A stretch of 33,064 bases of DNA, from positions 1 through 33,064 of IMG/VR virus record IMGVR_UViG_3300034279_000131; one strand, written 5' to 3'. The notes under the pieces were generated by a model that did not search any database, had not been told where the DNA came from, and saw only the letters and a list, made by a program, of their open reading frames with translations. A program made the position numbers and the translations under genes. This document shows, piece by piece, positions 8,901-18,465 of the stretch. Numbering within the stretch: position 1 is the stretch's first letter; each line of letters starts with the position of its first letter. The stretch is from a virus (Duplodnaviria > Caudoviricetes).

Positions 8901-11900
8901 GAACTTGCTCAATCTATGGGTCTTACTAGGCAAGAAATGGATGCCTATCGCGGAACATTAATGACTGCAAAAGTCGGGCAACTTAAGCAAATGGAAAGTG
9001 CAAAGTTGTTAGAAATTGCTGGAGAGAAATATGCATTCCAAATAACTGCTGCTGGCAATGTTCTAAATGCAGTAAATCTAACAACTAGAAAACTTATACC
9101 AAAAGAAGAAGCGCTGGCTATGTATAGAACAAGACAACTTGCATCCGTCACAGAAGAAATCTCAACTATGAAGATGGGCTTCTTTGCAAGACGAAGACTT
9201 AATGCAGAAATACAAGCACTCATACTTGAGCATGACAAAACAGCAGCAAGTTTTCAATTAGTGCAACAAGCAAATGGTAAATATGTTGTAGCAATTAAGA
9301 ATGCTACAGATAAAGTTTTAACAACTACAGCACAATACGGCATGGGGCAAGGCGCTAGGGGTCAAAGAGTTGCTATGGGTGCTGGAATGGCCGCAGGAAT
9401 GGGCATGATGTTTATGCCTATGGATGGGTCAGGCGGCGACGCAGCAAAAATTGGCGGCGGTGCCCTACTAGGAGCATCAATGGGAAGCATGTTTGGTGCT
9501 CCAGGATTGGCAATGGGTGCTGCTATAGGTGCTGCTATACCAATACTTCAATCATATCAAAGAGAGCAGCAGGCTGTAAATAATAAATTAATTGCTTATG
9601 GTGAAGCGCTAAATGGATCGTCATTAGTATTAGATAAATTTGCTTCTGAAATAGGAAAGTTAAAGCCATCTGAAAAACTAACTGCCGCACTAGGAAACAT
9701 TGTAATGCCAGAGCAAGTTGCAGAAACTGGCAAGTCAATACTAGATACAGAGGCTGGACAACAACTAAGAGAAATGTCTAAAAATCTAGGTGGAGAACAA
9801 CTAAGGGTAGCCCTGTCTAATCAACTTAAACAACTTACCCTCATGGAAATATTTACTCCAGAAGAGGCAAAGGCGGTAGCCCAGACACTTGCAATTGAAT
9901 TAGCAAATCCAGAACTAGGAAGATCTCTAGTTAGAGGAATTAACTCAATTTTAGATAGTGAAGGCAATTTAATTAAAGACAATGTTTCTAAGTTATTTAT
10001 GGAGACTATCCCAGAAATAGACATACCAGCGTTCGGTGAAGACCAAATACAAAATTATTTGAATAGCCAACAAACATTCTTAGGGAATGCTAAAGATATG
10101 GGCGAGGCTCTTTTAGGATGGTGGCGAGGCGACTTAGCAGACGAGATACTAAATGATGTATTTGGCTTAGGTGAAGCATCTTCTATAGAAGTAAAGCAAG
10201 CAGCAACTAGATTTGCACAAGAAAATATTGGTACATTAGCATCTTCATTAGATAAGTTGAGAGAGAGTCAAGCATTAGTTGTTAATGATTTTATGTCTGG
10301 AAATATAACTTATGAAGAATATGCTAAGAGAATGGCGACAATACAAGAACAAAATATAAAGGCTGCAGACTCTATTCTTATGCTAAAAGAGGCTGGGGCT
10401 GATGTTGGCGCTATGCTTAAAGATATTGCTGATAAATCAGGTCGTGGGGCCGACTTCACAAATATAGAAAATATAGCAAAAAGCATGTTCGAAACACTTG
10501 GAGTGGGAGAAAGACTTCTTACTCAAGTACAACTTGCAGCAGCATATGGAGACATAACTCTAGGTGAAATGCAAAATGTTGCAGATATTATTACCGATGA
10601 AGATACAAGAAAGAACTTAGAAATAGTATTTAATGTTAAGGGTGCGGAAGACAATGCAACAGAAATAATAAAACTTCTTGGAATGGGCTTAGATGCTGAA
10701 TTTATTAAGACTATTTCAATTGATTCTGTAGAAATAGGAAAACCACTTTCTGACATTTATGCCTCTTTGTCTGCAATTGCTAAACTTCCTCCACAAGTTC
10801 AAAAGTCTGTTATTGCTGATATTCAGTCAGATCCACTAAAAATGCAGAACTTTATTTCAGATTTTGAGTACGTTCAATCATTGCCAGATACAAAGAAGGG
10901 GCTTTATGCAGAAATTCAGGGAAATGAAGATCTAGTAGAACTTAGAGATAATTGGGATCAATTTATTGCCCTTCCTGACGAAGAAAGAAAAACTGCAATA
11001 TTAACAACAATTATTACTGGAAGTTACGACTTTGGCGCACCTCCAGCAATTCCTGCTCCAACTGCTCCTACAGAAATTGCTATGCCAGATGTATCCTCAA
11101 TGATACCTTCCGAGTCTGGCGGCGGCGGTGGAGCAGGCTCTGATGCTGCTAATGAAGCAATAGATAAGAAGATCAAGCAACAAGATAGAATTATCAAGCA
11201 AATTCAGAAAGAGCGCGAAGAACGTCAGAAACTCCTTGACTTAGAAAAGAAGGCACTAGATTTTGCAATGCAACAACAAGATCTAGAAAGTCAAATAATG
11301 ATTGCTAAGGCAGAAGGAAGAATTGCTGATGCCGCGCTCCTGCAATCCCAACTTGATGCTAATAGAGTTCAAGAGCGTGAGGATGAAAAGGAACGACTAA
11401 GACAAGAAAATGAAGACAAGAGAATTGCTAGAGCAGAAAGAAGAAAGAAGCAACTAGAAAAGCAAAAGGAAGACTCCTCTGGCGGAGGTGGCGGTGGCGG
11501 AGGTGCTGATGAAGCAGCAGCCAAGAAGATGGAACAAAGACTCATGTTCTTGAATAGTGAACTTCAGGGTGCCCTTCAAGGAAATGTAAAGATACTTGAT
11601 GATATTAATGATAGAGGTGCAGATGCATTCTGGAATTCAGCGCCTATTAAGAGATATATAGAAGAGGCAGTAAAGGCTGGAGTTCCACTAAAGACAGTAA
11701 GAGCAGAACTAGAAAAAATCTTTGACTATATGATTGGAGAAGGATTTAAAGAAGTACCGATTTATAATCAAATAGCCGCAGACCTAGAAGATATAGGTGT
11801 GGCTGGAGATAGTCTTAATCAGGTACTGCCTAACGTTTTTGCAATATTACAAGATCCAAAGTTAGATAGAGATCAAAGTAAGGAAATGGTAATAGAGCAA

Positions 11901-12908
11901 TTTAGATTAATTGGAATGACTGCAGAAGAGGCTCGTAGGCGTGCCAATAAATTCTTTACAATGAAATCTTCTACTGCTACTGGAATATATGAAAATCTAG
12001 ATAGTTTTAATGAAAAGTTTGATGAAATAAAGAATAGATTTAGCGATAGAAACGGCGACTTAATTATTACAGAGTTTACAAAGGGAATTAGAGATGGTTT
12101 AACAAGAGGACAAATATTAGATAACATCTCTAAGGCTATATATGATGCAACATACACTAATGGAATAAAGGCGGGACTGGAGCCAGGACAAGCATCAAGA
12201 GATGCTGAAGCAGTAGCAAGTTCAGTAAAGGGAATTATAAATACAGAATTTGATGGTTACTTCAAAGAAATAGAAATTAAGGGTAAGTGGGACGGTATTG
12301 TAAACGGTCAAGAAGTTCCTCCAGCGCTGCGCGGCCTCTTTGGAGATGACGGAAGGTTCTTTGGTACTGCCGATACTGCTGAAAAATTAAGCATAAATAG
12401 CAGAGTTACTGTAGAGCCAAGTGATAAACCAACTACTATTACTAACTCTGCATCTAATCCATTATGGGTAAAAAATATAGATGGTAATGAGCCATGGAGA
12501 ACACCTACAGATAGTAGATTTAGAGCAAATGGTGGATTTATTAGTGGTCCAGGTGGACCAATGGACGATCTGATTCCAGCAATGCTTTCCAATGGGGAGT
12601 ATGTAATCAGAGCATCAAGCGTAGACAAATTTGGCATGGGCTTCTTTGACCTACTAAATAAGGGTGTTCTTCCAGAATTCGGTCGTGGGGGGAGTTCTAA
12701 ATATCCATCTATGGTAAGAAATATGGGAATGGGCGGAGCAGTATATTACAACAAGGGCGGATTTGTTAGTGAATCTTCAAGCAATGTAGAGTATAATATT
12801 AATGTAAACGTGGCTGGATCTAATGCTTCTGCTGATGAAATAGCAAGAGAAGTTATGTCTGCTATAGATAGAAAACAAAGAATGTCAAAGACGGTGAATA
12901 GAATATAA
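5910..12908 (+). CDS. Tape measure protein
   Basis: 2332 aa, helical and Ala/Gly-rich. Has a TP901-type core (INWGKNTQWAGRQLTVG...LNAVENQT...AMREGGV), hydrophobic segments and a C-terminal ANGGFISGPGGPMDDLIPAMLSNGEYVI motif. Follows the frameshifting chaperones. Confidence 0.95.
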   Translation: MSRIDLQIVATGNFAGVEGQLARLKSQIAAINSMGMVGSPTQLRNIQSYSSAFANALSASGMFQTRMVNLTSETEKFGRSLERGNLRLGQYFRAGTQYARRQQSQIRSLAREQVRMMNSTAMNMGGGRAMVVTPKGIDEAIDKQKILNQEHRIFRQVVQGGATQLINWGKNTQWAGRQLTVGLTVPLMIFGAVAGKMFMDADKQLTRMTKVYGDATKGIVNDQELDAIRGKTLALAQELSSTMGIAASETLGIAADIAATGKEGNELLDSTREAMRLSVLGEVDRAEAMKATLAIQSVFKQDTDGLTKSINLLNAVENQTSTTLNDLVTGIIKAGPVVQGLGGSIADLSSMMVAMREGGVPASEAANAIKSSLGALINPTKQTTELLKGFGINLTDIVDRNAGNVIGTLTELQQALEGIDELSRQRAIEQMFGKFQFSRINALLSNLNKAGSQTEQVLKIAGMSTSQLAQTAEIELKRLTESASMRFTRAVESLKSNLIPIGETFVEIGAKIVEFAGNIIKAFNDLPEGLKTFIKIVGGITAIAGPIIMITGVFGNFFGYIIKTVGALMALRRGARGVFEFYTADSIAARASTELLSKGMFSQVEATNTLRAALDTLNAELEQVARNMNLVATASSTAMARQSAATASAAAAVAGSGAAALAARNSSVIGMLGMGKRSGTSSFSGPEFSHLHPSMNLPKDIRLAQTVGTLINPSIPAQAAARNWQQAMGASFAPTSFYDPSRGSRISQLEQMTYGAGRASASNLAYLNTMRTSGAEGQTAAARLYPSRNEYNAYVAKYHASLLRLEQMGKTQVDNMTKAINREMAKGNVAGAEAILMGALDVNGKQFKRLVDEQTRKVVSVNGTMGEVIAQVGATTAGLEQRLRAAGMQGFGKTADNMFRMVSAGAGGGTIPDEQMVDKRSQRYMDALNKQTQLTAQRNAWIQKLTEREQRIAAGQAKDAGQVTKAKQKLAIIMDELTANTKELALAEKGLLKPKMNELAQSMGLTRQEMDAYRGTLMTAKVGQLKQMESAKLLEIAGEKYAFQITAAGNVLNAVNLTTRKLIPKEEALAMYRTRQLASVTEEISTMKMGFFARRRLNAEIQALILEHDKTAASFQLVQQANGKYVVAIKNATDKVLTTTAQYGMGQGARGQRVAMGAGMAAGMGMMFMPMDGSGGDAAKIGGGALLGASMGSMFGAPGLAMGAAIGAAIPILQSYQREQQAVNNKLIAYGEALNGSSLVLDKFASEIGKLKPSEKLTAALGNIVMPEQVAETGKSILDTEAGQQLREMSKNLGGEQLRVALSNQLKQLTLMEIFTPEEAKAVAQTLAIELANPELGRSLVRGINSILDSEGNLIKDNVSKLFMETIPEIDIPAFGEDQIQNYLNSQQTFLGNAKDMGEALLGWWRGDLADEILNDVFGLGEASSIEVKQAATRFAQENIGTLASSLDKLRESQALVVNDFMSGNITYEEYAKRMATIQEQNIKAADSILMLKEAGADVGAMLKDIADKSGRGADFTNIENIAKSMFETLGVGERLLTQVQLAAAYGDITLGEMQNVADIITDEDTRKNLEIVFNVKGAEDNATEIIKLLGMGLDAEFIKTISIDSVEIGKPLSDIYASLSAIAKLPPQVQKSVIADIQSDPLKMQNFISDFEYVQSLPDTKKGLYAEIQGNEDLVELRDNWDQFIALPDEERKTAILTTIITGSYDFGAPPAIPAPTAPTEIAMPDVSSMIPSESGGGGGAGSDAANEAIDKKIKQQDRIIKQIQKEREERQKLLDLEKKALDFAMQQQDLESQIMIAKAEGRIADAALLQSQLDANRVQEREDEKERLRQENEDKRIARAERRKKQLEKQKEDSSGGGGGGGGADEAAAKKMEQRLMFLNSELQGALQGNVKILDDINDRGADAFWNSAPIKRYIEEAVKAGVPLKTVRAELEKIFDYMIGEGFKEVPIYNQIAADLEDIGVAGDSLNQVLPNVFAILQDPKLDRDQSKEMVIEQFRLIGMTAEEARRRANKFFTMKSSTATGIYENLDSFNEKFDEIKNRFSDRNGDLIITEFTKGIRDGLTRGQILDNISKAIYDATYTNGIKAGLEPGQASRDAEAVASSVKGIINTEFDGYFKEIEIKGKWDGIVNGQEVPPALRGLFGDDGRFFGTADTAEKLSINSRVTVEPSDKPTTITNSASNPLWVKNIDGNEPWRTPTDSRFRANGGFISGPGGPMDDLIPAMLSNGEYVIRASSVDKFGMGFFDLLNKGVLPEFGRGGSSKYPSMVRNMGMGGAVYYNKGGFVSESSSNVEYNINVNVAGSNASADEIAREVMSAIDRKQRMSKTVNRI

Positions 12909-13381
12909 TGGCTCTTTTAACACCAAGTATTGTTACGCTTCAGGTAAACTCTAAGAACACCACAGAGTTTGTTCCAGGAACAGGGGAGTCAAATGGTCAA
13001 TTAACTTTATCTGATCATTCTAGATCAGCGCTCCAGACCTCCTTTGAAACCATACAATCTCCACAAAGAATGGCAGACGGAACAATGAGAAAGTACGTCA
13101 TTGCTAATAAGAAAAGAATATCATGTGCATGGGACATGCTTCCAACCATTTCTTCTATGGTTGTTGATGGAAATGCTAGCGCATTAGCAATAAAAAGATT
13201 TTATGAAATAAACTATCCATATGACATGAGCATGAAACTCTACTATAAAAGAAATAATGCATCAGACTTATCATATGTAGAAACTATTAGCGTATTCTGG
13301 GAATCAATGACATTCGATGTAGTTAAAAGATATCAAGAATTTGATTATTGGAATGTAAATGCAGAATTTGTGGAGATCTGA
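12908..13381 (+). CDS. Minor tail protein, putative distal tail (Dit-like)
   Basis: 157 aa, first gene after the TMP (TAATG coupling). RMADGTMRKYVIA.K...W..LP pattern and a terminal beta strand (NAEFVEI). Confidence 0.65.
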   Translation: MALLTPSIVTLQVNSKNTTEFVPGTGESNGQLTLSDHSRSALQTSFETIQSPQRMADGTMRKYVIANKKRISCAWDMLPTISSMVVDGNASALAIKRFYEINYPYDMSMKLYYKRNNASDLSYVETISVFWESMTFDVVKRYQEFDYWNVNAEFVEI

Positions 13382-16300
13382 TGCTTGGCGATACAACTAT
13401 AAAAAATCATGTTAAAAATAGTCAGACGCTAGATATAAAGCCGCGAGTTTTTATAGAAATAAATCATAACGATAACAACAATGCCTATTTTTGTGGAACT
13501 GGCACACAAAATGCTACAACACTACAAAATATTTTATTAACACTATCTAATGTATCAGGAACTCCACAAGTAGTAGATGCCGGAACATCTCAAAATTATT
13601 CTGGAAGAGGAATAGAAACAGCACTTACAACTCCTAATAACAATGCTGTACTCCTCAAAACCTCACAACCATCACTAGAGCCAACAGAATATGCCTGGTA
13701 TGCAGAAACATCTACAGGACAAAACTGTGTAAAATTCAACATGTTTTTAAAGTCTGACTATGTTTATCAATTAGAAAATGGTGACACCAGTTGTCTGGAG
13801 TCGTTTGATGTTTTGATAGTTGCTGAAGGTATAGATTCTTCAAATAAAAAAGTTCTTTCTGAGACTGTATCTGAAACAGTAACCGTAGACTCTGTATCAT
13901 GGAAGCCAGTATCAATATTATTCGCTAACCCAGACCAATTTTCTACTGTAAATAAAGTTAGAATAACATTCTATATAAATGCACCAACATCTAAAAAGGC
14001 AGCCCTACTAGTTGGACAATTAACAAGATCTACAATTTCTGACTATGAGGTTTATTCTTCAAATAGACTTCCTTTAGAAAGAGTATTTGAGTCAGGAAGA
14101 CCAGGAGAGTTTCTAGTAGAAATGTCTGGATCTTTAGAAAGTCCAGCCCCAACAAAACCATCCATTCAAGGAATAGCACAACAATGTACTCCAATTCATA
14201 TGGCAACCTACTGCGCCCTTGGCCCTAAGTATGAGTTAGTACAAAGAAGTGTCACGCCATATCCAGGAAATGTCTATACATACTATGTGTCTGGAACCTC
14301 TACTGAAAGTAAACAAGTCTGGGCACTATATAAAAATAAAATTAAAACAAATAAGATCGTATTAAAATTTAATACAATTTCTTACAAGCCACAAACTGTA
14401 GCAGTAAATATTCTTACTAGTTCTGGATGGTCTTCAAGCATTGCTGGTTCCTCTACTGTTAATGCTGATGGAACTTTTATATTATATTACAATGGAACTT
14501 CATGGACAACTAATAAATGGACTAGTACTTCATATCCAAGCATCTCAACATCTGGCAGCAACGTGGGAGATGTAGTTTTGGGATCTAATCTAGGTTATCA
14601 GGAAATATGGGGCATAAGAGTTGAAGGTGTAGCCCTGCAAGTTACTAATACAGACTTTATAGATTTACCAGGAAGATTAGAATTAATAGAAGTATCTCCT
14701 AGGCTAGATATTGATCTAACAAATTTTGTTACTAATGTATCAACTACTGAAGAGGCTTCATCAGATTCATTATTAAATATCGGCGGGATCACATCTAATA
14801 CTTACACAATAAATTTGTATAATGATCCTATTATAAAAAATCTACACGATCCATCTGTATCTGATACATCAAATAAAGATATTAGACCAATAAGTACAAT
14901 ATCCTCAACGTCTGTATTGAATAAAATTCTTTCCAAGGGAAATAAAATTAGAGGCGGGTATGATATAGATACATCGTATCGTGGAGTAGGCATAACATCT
15001 GGGAAAACTTATGTACCCGCGTTTGTTGGATATATTGATAAGTGGACAGAATCTAATAATTCAATTTCAATTACAGCATTTGATGCAATAAAAGATTTAT
15101 TATCTACAAAAACTCAGCCTATATATCTAGAAGGAAAAAGAATATCTGAATGCATTTACTCAGTATTAGATCCCATAGGCTTTGGCGAAGTTTATGGAGA
15201 TGAACTAATAAACTTAAAAGTTTTTTCAAATTCTAATAATTCAGAATTAACATTTTCTCAAAACGAAAAAATAAAATATTTCTGGACTTCTAATGATAGA
15301 AACGTATCAGAAACCTTAAATGATTTATTTAGAATATATCAAATTGCTATGTATACAGATCAATATGGTGCGGTAAGGTTTAAAACATTATACGAATACA
15401 GTAAATCATATAGTGATTTAACAAAAACATCCTCTCCCACCTCTCCAGATATCTATGTTCAAGATAGAAACGATAGCAACGGCAAGAGTAATCTTATCTC
15501 TGTAAATGTTGAAGAAAATGAAAAACCACAATCAATAATTGTTAAATATAAATCCCCAAGACCAACTTTGTCACAGCCAAGACTGCCAAGGAAAAGTAAA
15601 GATAAAAAGGCTGTAGACCAAAATTCTTTAGTAACCCAAAGGAAGTCTACAGACAGGGTTTGGATACTTCAGGACGACTCATATATAGTTCCATATATTC
15701 AATTAACTGGTAGGGGAATAACAACAGCATCTCAGAATTATATTCAATATGATACTTCTCTAACCAATGTTTTTATGAGAGCCGTACCTTACTCTTCACA
15801 TTTATTAATTGATCAGGAAATAGTAAGTTATGATGGCCTAGAATATGAATTTACCTATACTAGTGATTCTGGAACTGTAACAAAAAAGTATGTAGTAAAT
15901 TCTGCTGAAGAATTAGAAATGATTAAATCAGATATATTTTCTAACAAGAGCGGTAAAAATATATCATTCAGGCCGTCAGGCAAACTTATGAATGTAAAGA
16001 GGGGACTGTTTGGCACACCTCCATCGATTCATAATAGACAAACTTCTACCACAACTCCGCCATGGTCTATGAAAAAGTTTAATCGCGGCAATAACTCATA
16101 TAATAATGCGACTACATCATTAAAATTTTCTTCTACTGTTAATGGAATAAATATTACATCTAATGACAATGATGAAGTTTTATTCTTATACCCAAAGGAT
16201 ACAGATTCAGACGCAAATCTACTTAAAGATAAAAGAAGATTATTATGTCAGTTTAAATTAGGAGATATACCATCTAAAAAAGAGGGCTATGTAGGTGTAG

Positions 16301-17049
16301 GAGTTGGAATACAGATAAATGGTTCTGGTAAAATGGTAGGAGGATTATTAATCTGGGTTGGAGTAGAAGGAGATAAGAAAAAACAAAATCCAACTATTTA
16401 TGTAGAACAGATTAAAAACGATGGGACAATAGAAACCATAATAGAAAAAGACCAGTTTAAATATTCTGATAGAGTCATAGAAGAAGATGAAAATATGGAA
16501 ATATATATTGCCCTAAATGAAAAAAGAGATGAATGCAAAGTTCTTATAGGTGGAAGTACCGCATTTGAAAAAATAATTAACAAAAAGGTGGACGGCAAAA
16601 AGAAAGAAATCAAGCAACACACATTTAAAATAAGACAACTATCTCTAAACTCACAATTCGGTTTTATCGCTAATAAATTTGGTACAGCCACCCTAGGTCA
16701 GTACCTTTTTGGAGTCTCAGATCAATTTAAAGACATGAACAATATTAATCTTTCTCTAGTAGATTCTAAATATTCTAAGCCAAGCAACTCTCCCACAGGA
16801 ACATATTTTATAGGAAGCAACAACCTACTTGACACTATTGTAGATGGTCGCAATGTAATAGGTCTTAGAACTTCTTCCAAGCACAATTTTGCCTATACGG
16901 GTGCGCCAGTCGCTAGAGGAATACAGATATTTGATGTAGAGTACGATAAGTATCCAATTATATCTAATGCTAAAGCAGAATGGACAGGGTATACCTATGA
17001 TTCAAATATCTTTGAGGGCGGAAATATTATTTCGGAGAGAAAATCATAA
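13381..17049 (+). CDS. Large minor tail protein / baseplate hub (Tal-like), N-terminal portion
   Basis: Start ATG 13381 (TGATG overlap, GGAG RBS). Contains IEVSPRL, FVGYIDKW...ITAFD, MYTDQYGAVRF, LLIDQEIVSYDG and NVKRGLFGT, which are hub-like motifs. Position after Dit agrees. Confidence 0.7.
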   Translation: MLGDTTIKNHVKNSQTLDIKPRVFIEINHNDNNNAYFCGTGTQNATTLQNILLTLSNVSGTPQVVDAGTSQNYSGRGIETALTTPNNNAVLLKTSQPSLEPTEYAWYAETSTGQNCVKFNMFLKSDYVYQLENGDTSCLESFDVLIVAEGIDSSNKKVLSETVSETVTVDSVSWKPVSILFANPDQFSTVNKVRITFYINAPTSKKAALLVGQLTRSTISDYEVYSSNRLPLERVFESGRPGEFLVEMSGSLESPAPTKPSIQGIAQQCTPIHMATYCALGPKYELVQRSVTPYPGNVYTYYVSGTSTESKQVWALYKNKIKTNKIVLKFNTISYKPQTVAVNILTSSGWSSSIAGSSTVNADGTFILYYNGTSWTTNKWTSTSYPSISTSGSNVGDVVLGSNLGYQEIWGIRVEGVALQVTNTDFIDLPGRLELIEVSPRLDIDLTNFVTNVSTTEEASSDSLLNIGGITSNTYTINLYNDPIIKNLHDPSVSDTSNKDIRPISTISSTSVLNKILSKGNKIRGGYDIDTSYRGVGITSGKTYVPAFVGYIDKWTESNNSISITAFDAIKDLLSTKTQPIYLEGKRISECIYSVLDPIGFGEVYGDELINLKVFSNSNNSELTFSQNEKIKYFWTSNDRNVSETLNDLFRIYQIAMYTDQYGAVRFKTLYEYSKSYSDLTKTSSPTSPDIYVQDRNDSNGKSNLISVNVEENEKPQSIIVKYKSPRPTLSQPRLPRKSKDKKAVDQNSLVTQRKSTDRVWILQDDSYIVPYIQLTGRGITTASQNYIQYDTSLTNVFMRAVPYSSHLLIDQEIVSYDGLEYEFTYTSDSGTVTKKYVVNSAEELEMIKSDIFSNKSGKNISFRPSGKLMNVKRGLFGTPPSIHNRQTSTTTPPWSMKKFNRGNNSYNNATTSLKFSSTVNGINITSNDNDEVLFLYPKDTDSDANLLKDKRRLLCQFKLGDIPSKKEGYVGVGVGIQINGSGKMVGGLLIWVGVEGDKKKQNPTIYVEQIKNDGTIETIIEKDQFKYSDRVIEEDENMEIYIALNEKRDECKVLIGGSTAFEKIINKKVDGKKKEIKQHTFKIRQLSLNSQFGFIANKFGTATLGQYLFGVSDQFKDMNNINLSLVDSKYSKPSNSPTGTYFIGSNNLLDTIVDGRNVIGLRTSSKHNFAYTGAPVARGIQIFDVEYDKYPIISNAKAEWTGYTYDSNIFEGGNIISERKS

Positions 17050-18071
17050 TGTCAGAATTTTATCCAGATACAGACGATATTATTGATAAGACTGTAGACT
17101 ATGCCATGGCCCAACTTGGCAAACCATATTGTCCAGGATCATCATGTCCGCATTCAGGATACGCCCAGCCACCAAGAACATGGGACTGTACTAAATTAAC
17201 AACATGGGCATATAGAGATGGTTCTGGTGGAAGAATTAATCTGACTCCATACTCTAAGGTTCAGGTTCAAGAAGTCAGAAAACTTCCAAATGTTGCCGTT
17301 GGAAGCACCAATGGTTTACAGAAGGGCGACCTTTTGTTCTTCTTTAAGAACGGAACGCACCATGCCTCGCTGTATATTGGCGGAGGTCAGATAGTAGAAG
17401 CAGGAAGTCCTGTACAAGTTAATCCAGTATGGAACTCATGGAATTCTACAAACTTCACTTCAGCAGGGAGACCTCATAAAATTGGAATATATGGCGGCAA
17501 TAATGGAACTGGAGATCAAGGAAGCGGACAGAGTAAAGAAGATGTTATTACTACAGTAGCCGCTCGTAAAATTAGTTCTAACGCGCTTGCAATTTCACAG
17601 ATTGCTGGAACTCCACAGACTGCTAGATTTGCGGTAATGAATATGGCAAACGAAAGTTTGTATTTAACTCAGGATAAAATAAACATTATTAGTAAGAGTG
17701 AATTTTACATAAAATCCACAGCCCTGGTTCCAGGTGACCAGAAAGAAATAAAAAAGTTTATTTCTGGTGGACGCAACGCATTTGAAATTACAATAGACAG
17801 CGATTTTATTCAGTCTAAAGATGCTGCGGAAGCAATAGCATCAATGGCTTCCAGAACCTTTGACAATGATATTAAAACAATAAATGTGCAAATTTTCGGC
17901 AATCCTCTAGTTCAAGTAGGGGACATTGTAAAATTTAATTACTTTACTGGTAAAATTGAAAGCGGAGCAAACGACTTTTATGTAGTATCAAGAATCCAGC
18001 AAAATTTTAGCACTAACCTTAGCACAACATTAACCTTAAAACCATTAGAAAAAATAGTTTCGGTGGTATAA
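17049..18071 (+). CDS. Tail-associated NlpC/P60 peptidoglycan endopeptidase fused to a hub C-terminal-like domain
   Basis: AMAQLGKPY...WDCTKLTTWAY...LQKGDLLFF...HHASLYIGGGQIVEA is NlpC/P60 with Cys47, His and Glu. A Gly/Asn linker follows, then SDFIQSKDAAEAIA...QIFGNPLVQVGDIVKF. Confidence 0.85.
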   Translation: MSEFYPDTDDIIDKTVDYAMAQLGKPYCPGSSCPHSGYAQPPRTWDCTKLTTWAYRDGSGGRINLTPYSKVQVQEVRKLPNVAVGSTNGLQKGDLLFFFKNGTHHASLYIGGGQIVEAGSPVQVNPVWNSWNSTNFTSAGRPHKIGIYGGNNGTGDQGSGQSKEDVITTVAARKISSNALAISQIAGTPQTARFAVMNMANESLYLTQDKINIISKSEFYIKSTALVPGDQKEIKKFISGGRNAFEITIDSDFIQSKDAAEAIASMASRTFDNDIKTINVQIFGNPLVQVGDIVKFNYFTGKIESGANDFYVVSRIQQNFSTNLSTTLTLKPLEKIVSVV

Positions 18072-18072
18072 T
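18064..18072 (+). promoter_or_regulatory. Extended -10 promoter TGGTATAAT
   Basis: Overlaps the stop of the NlpC/P60 gene, upstream of AGGGAG RBS and ATG 18090. Confidence 0.6.
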
Positions 18073-18089
18073 TTAATATAGGGAGATAT

Positions 18090-18464
18090 ATGTCTAAGGT
18101 GCCACCTAATCAAAAAAATGATATAGAATCAGTAAAAAATCAAATTCTTCAGGAAGTTGATCAAAGGATTCTAGAAATAGTTCCTTCATTAATTGATGAT
18201 TCAACTATTACTCAAAAAGTAAGGGCTGTTCCAGATACAGAGCCAGACGAAATAATAGTTAATGGGGTAGATTTACTTTTCTTAAAGAATAAAGAATATG
18301 TAGAGTCTGAGCCAGTTGAAGGCTCAGGCTACCCAGAATTTGGAGAAGTGTTAAAAACTGATGGGCAGGGAAACTATACTATTAAAGTAGGATGTAAGAT
18401 TATTGATGATGAAGAGTCTTCTGAATACTGGGAAATAGAATATTCTATTGTGGAGTTGACATAA
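18090..18464 (+). CDS. Hypothetical acidic minor tail protein
   Basis: 124 aa, good RBS, within the tail-tip cluster. Confidence 0.6.
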   Translation: MSKVPPNQKNDIESVKNQILQEVDQRILEIVPSLIDDSTITQKVRAVPDTEPDEIIVNGVDLLFLKNKEYVESEPVEGSGYPEFGEVLKTDGQGNYTIKVGCKIIDDEESSEYWEIEYSIVELT

Positions 18465-18465
18465 A

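Noticed and set aside
12790-12909. TATAAT hexamers at the 3' end of the tape measure gene
   Set aside because: They lack the TG extension, and the next gene is translationally coupled. Plausibly chance in AT-rich DNA.
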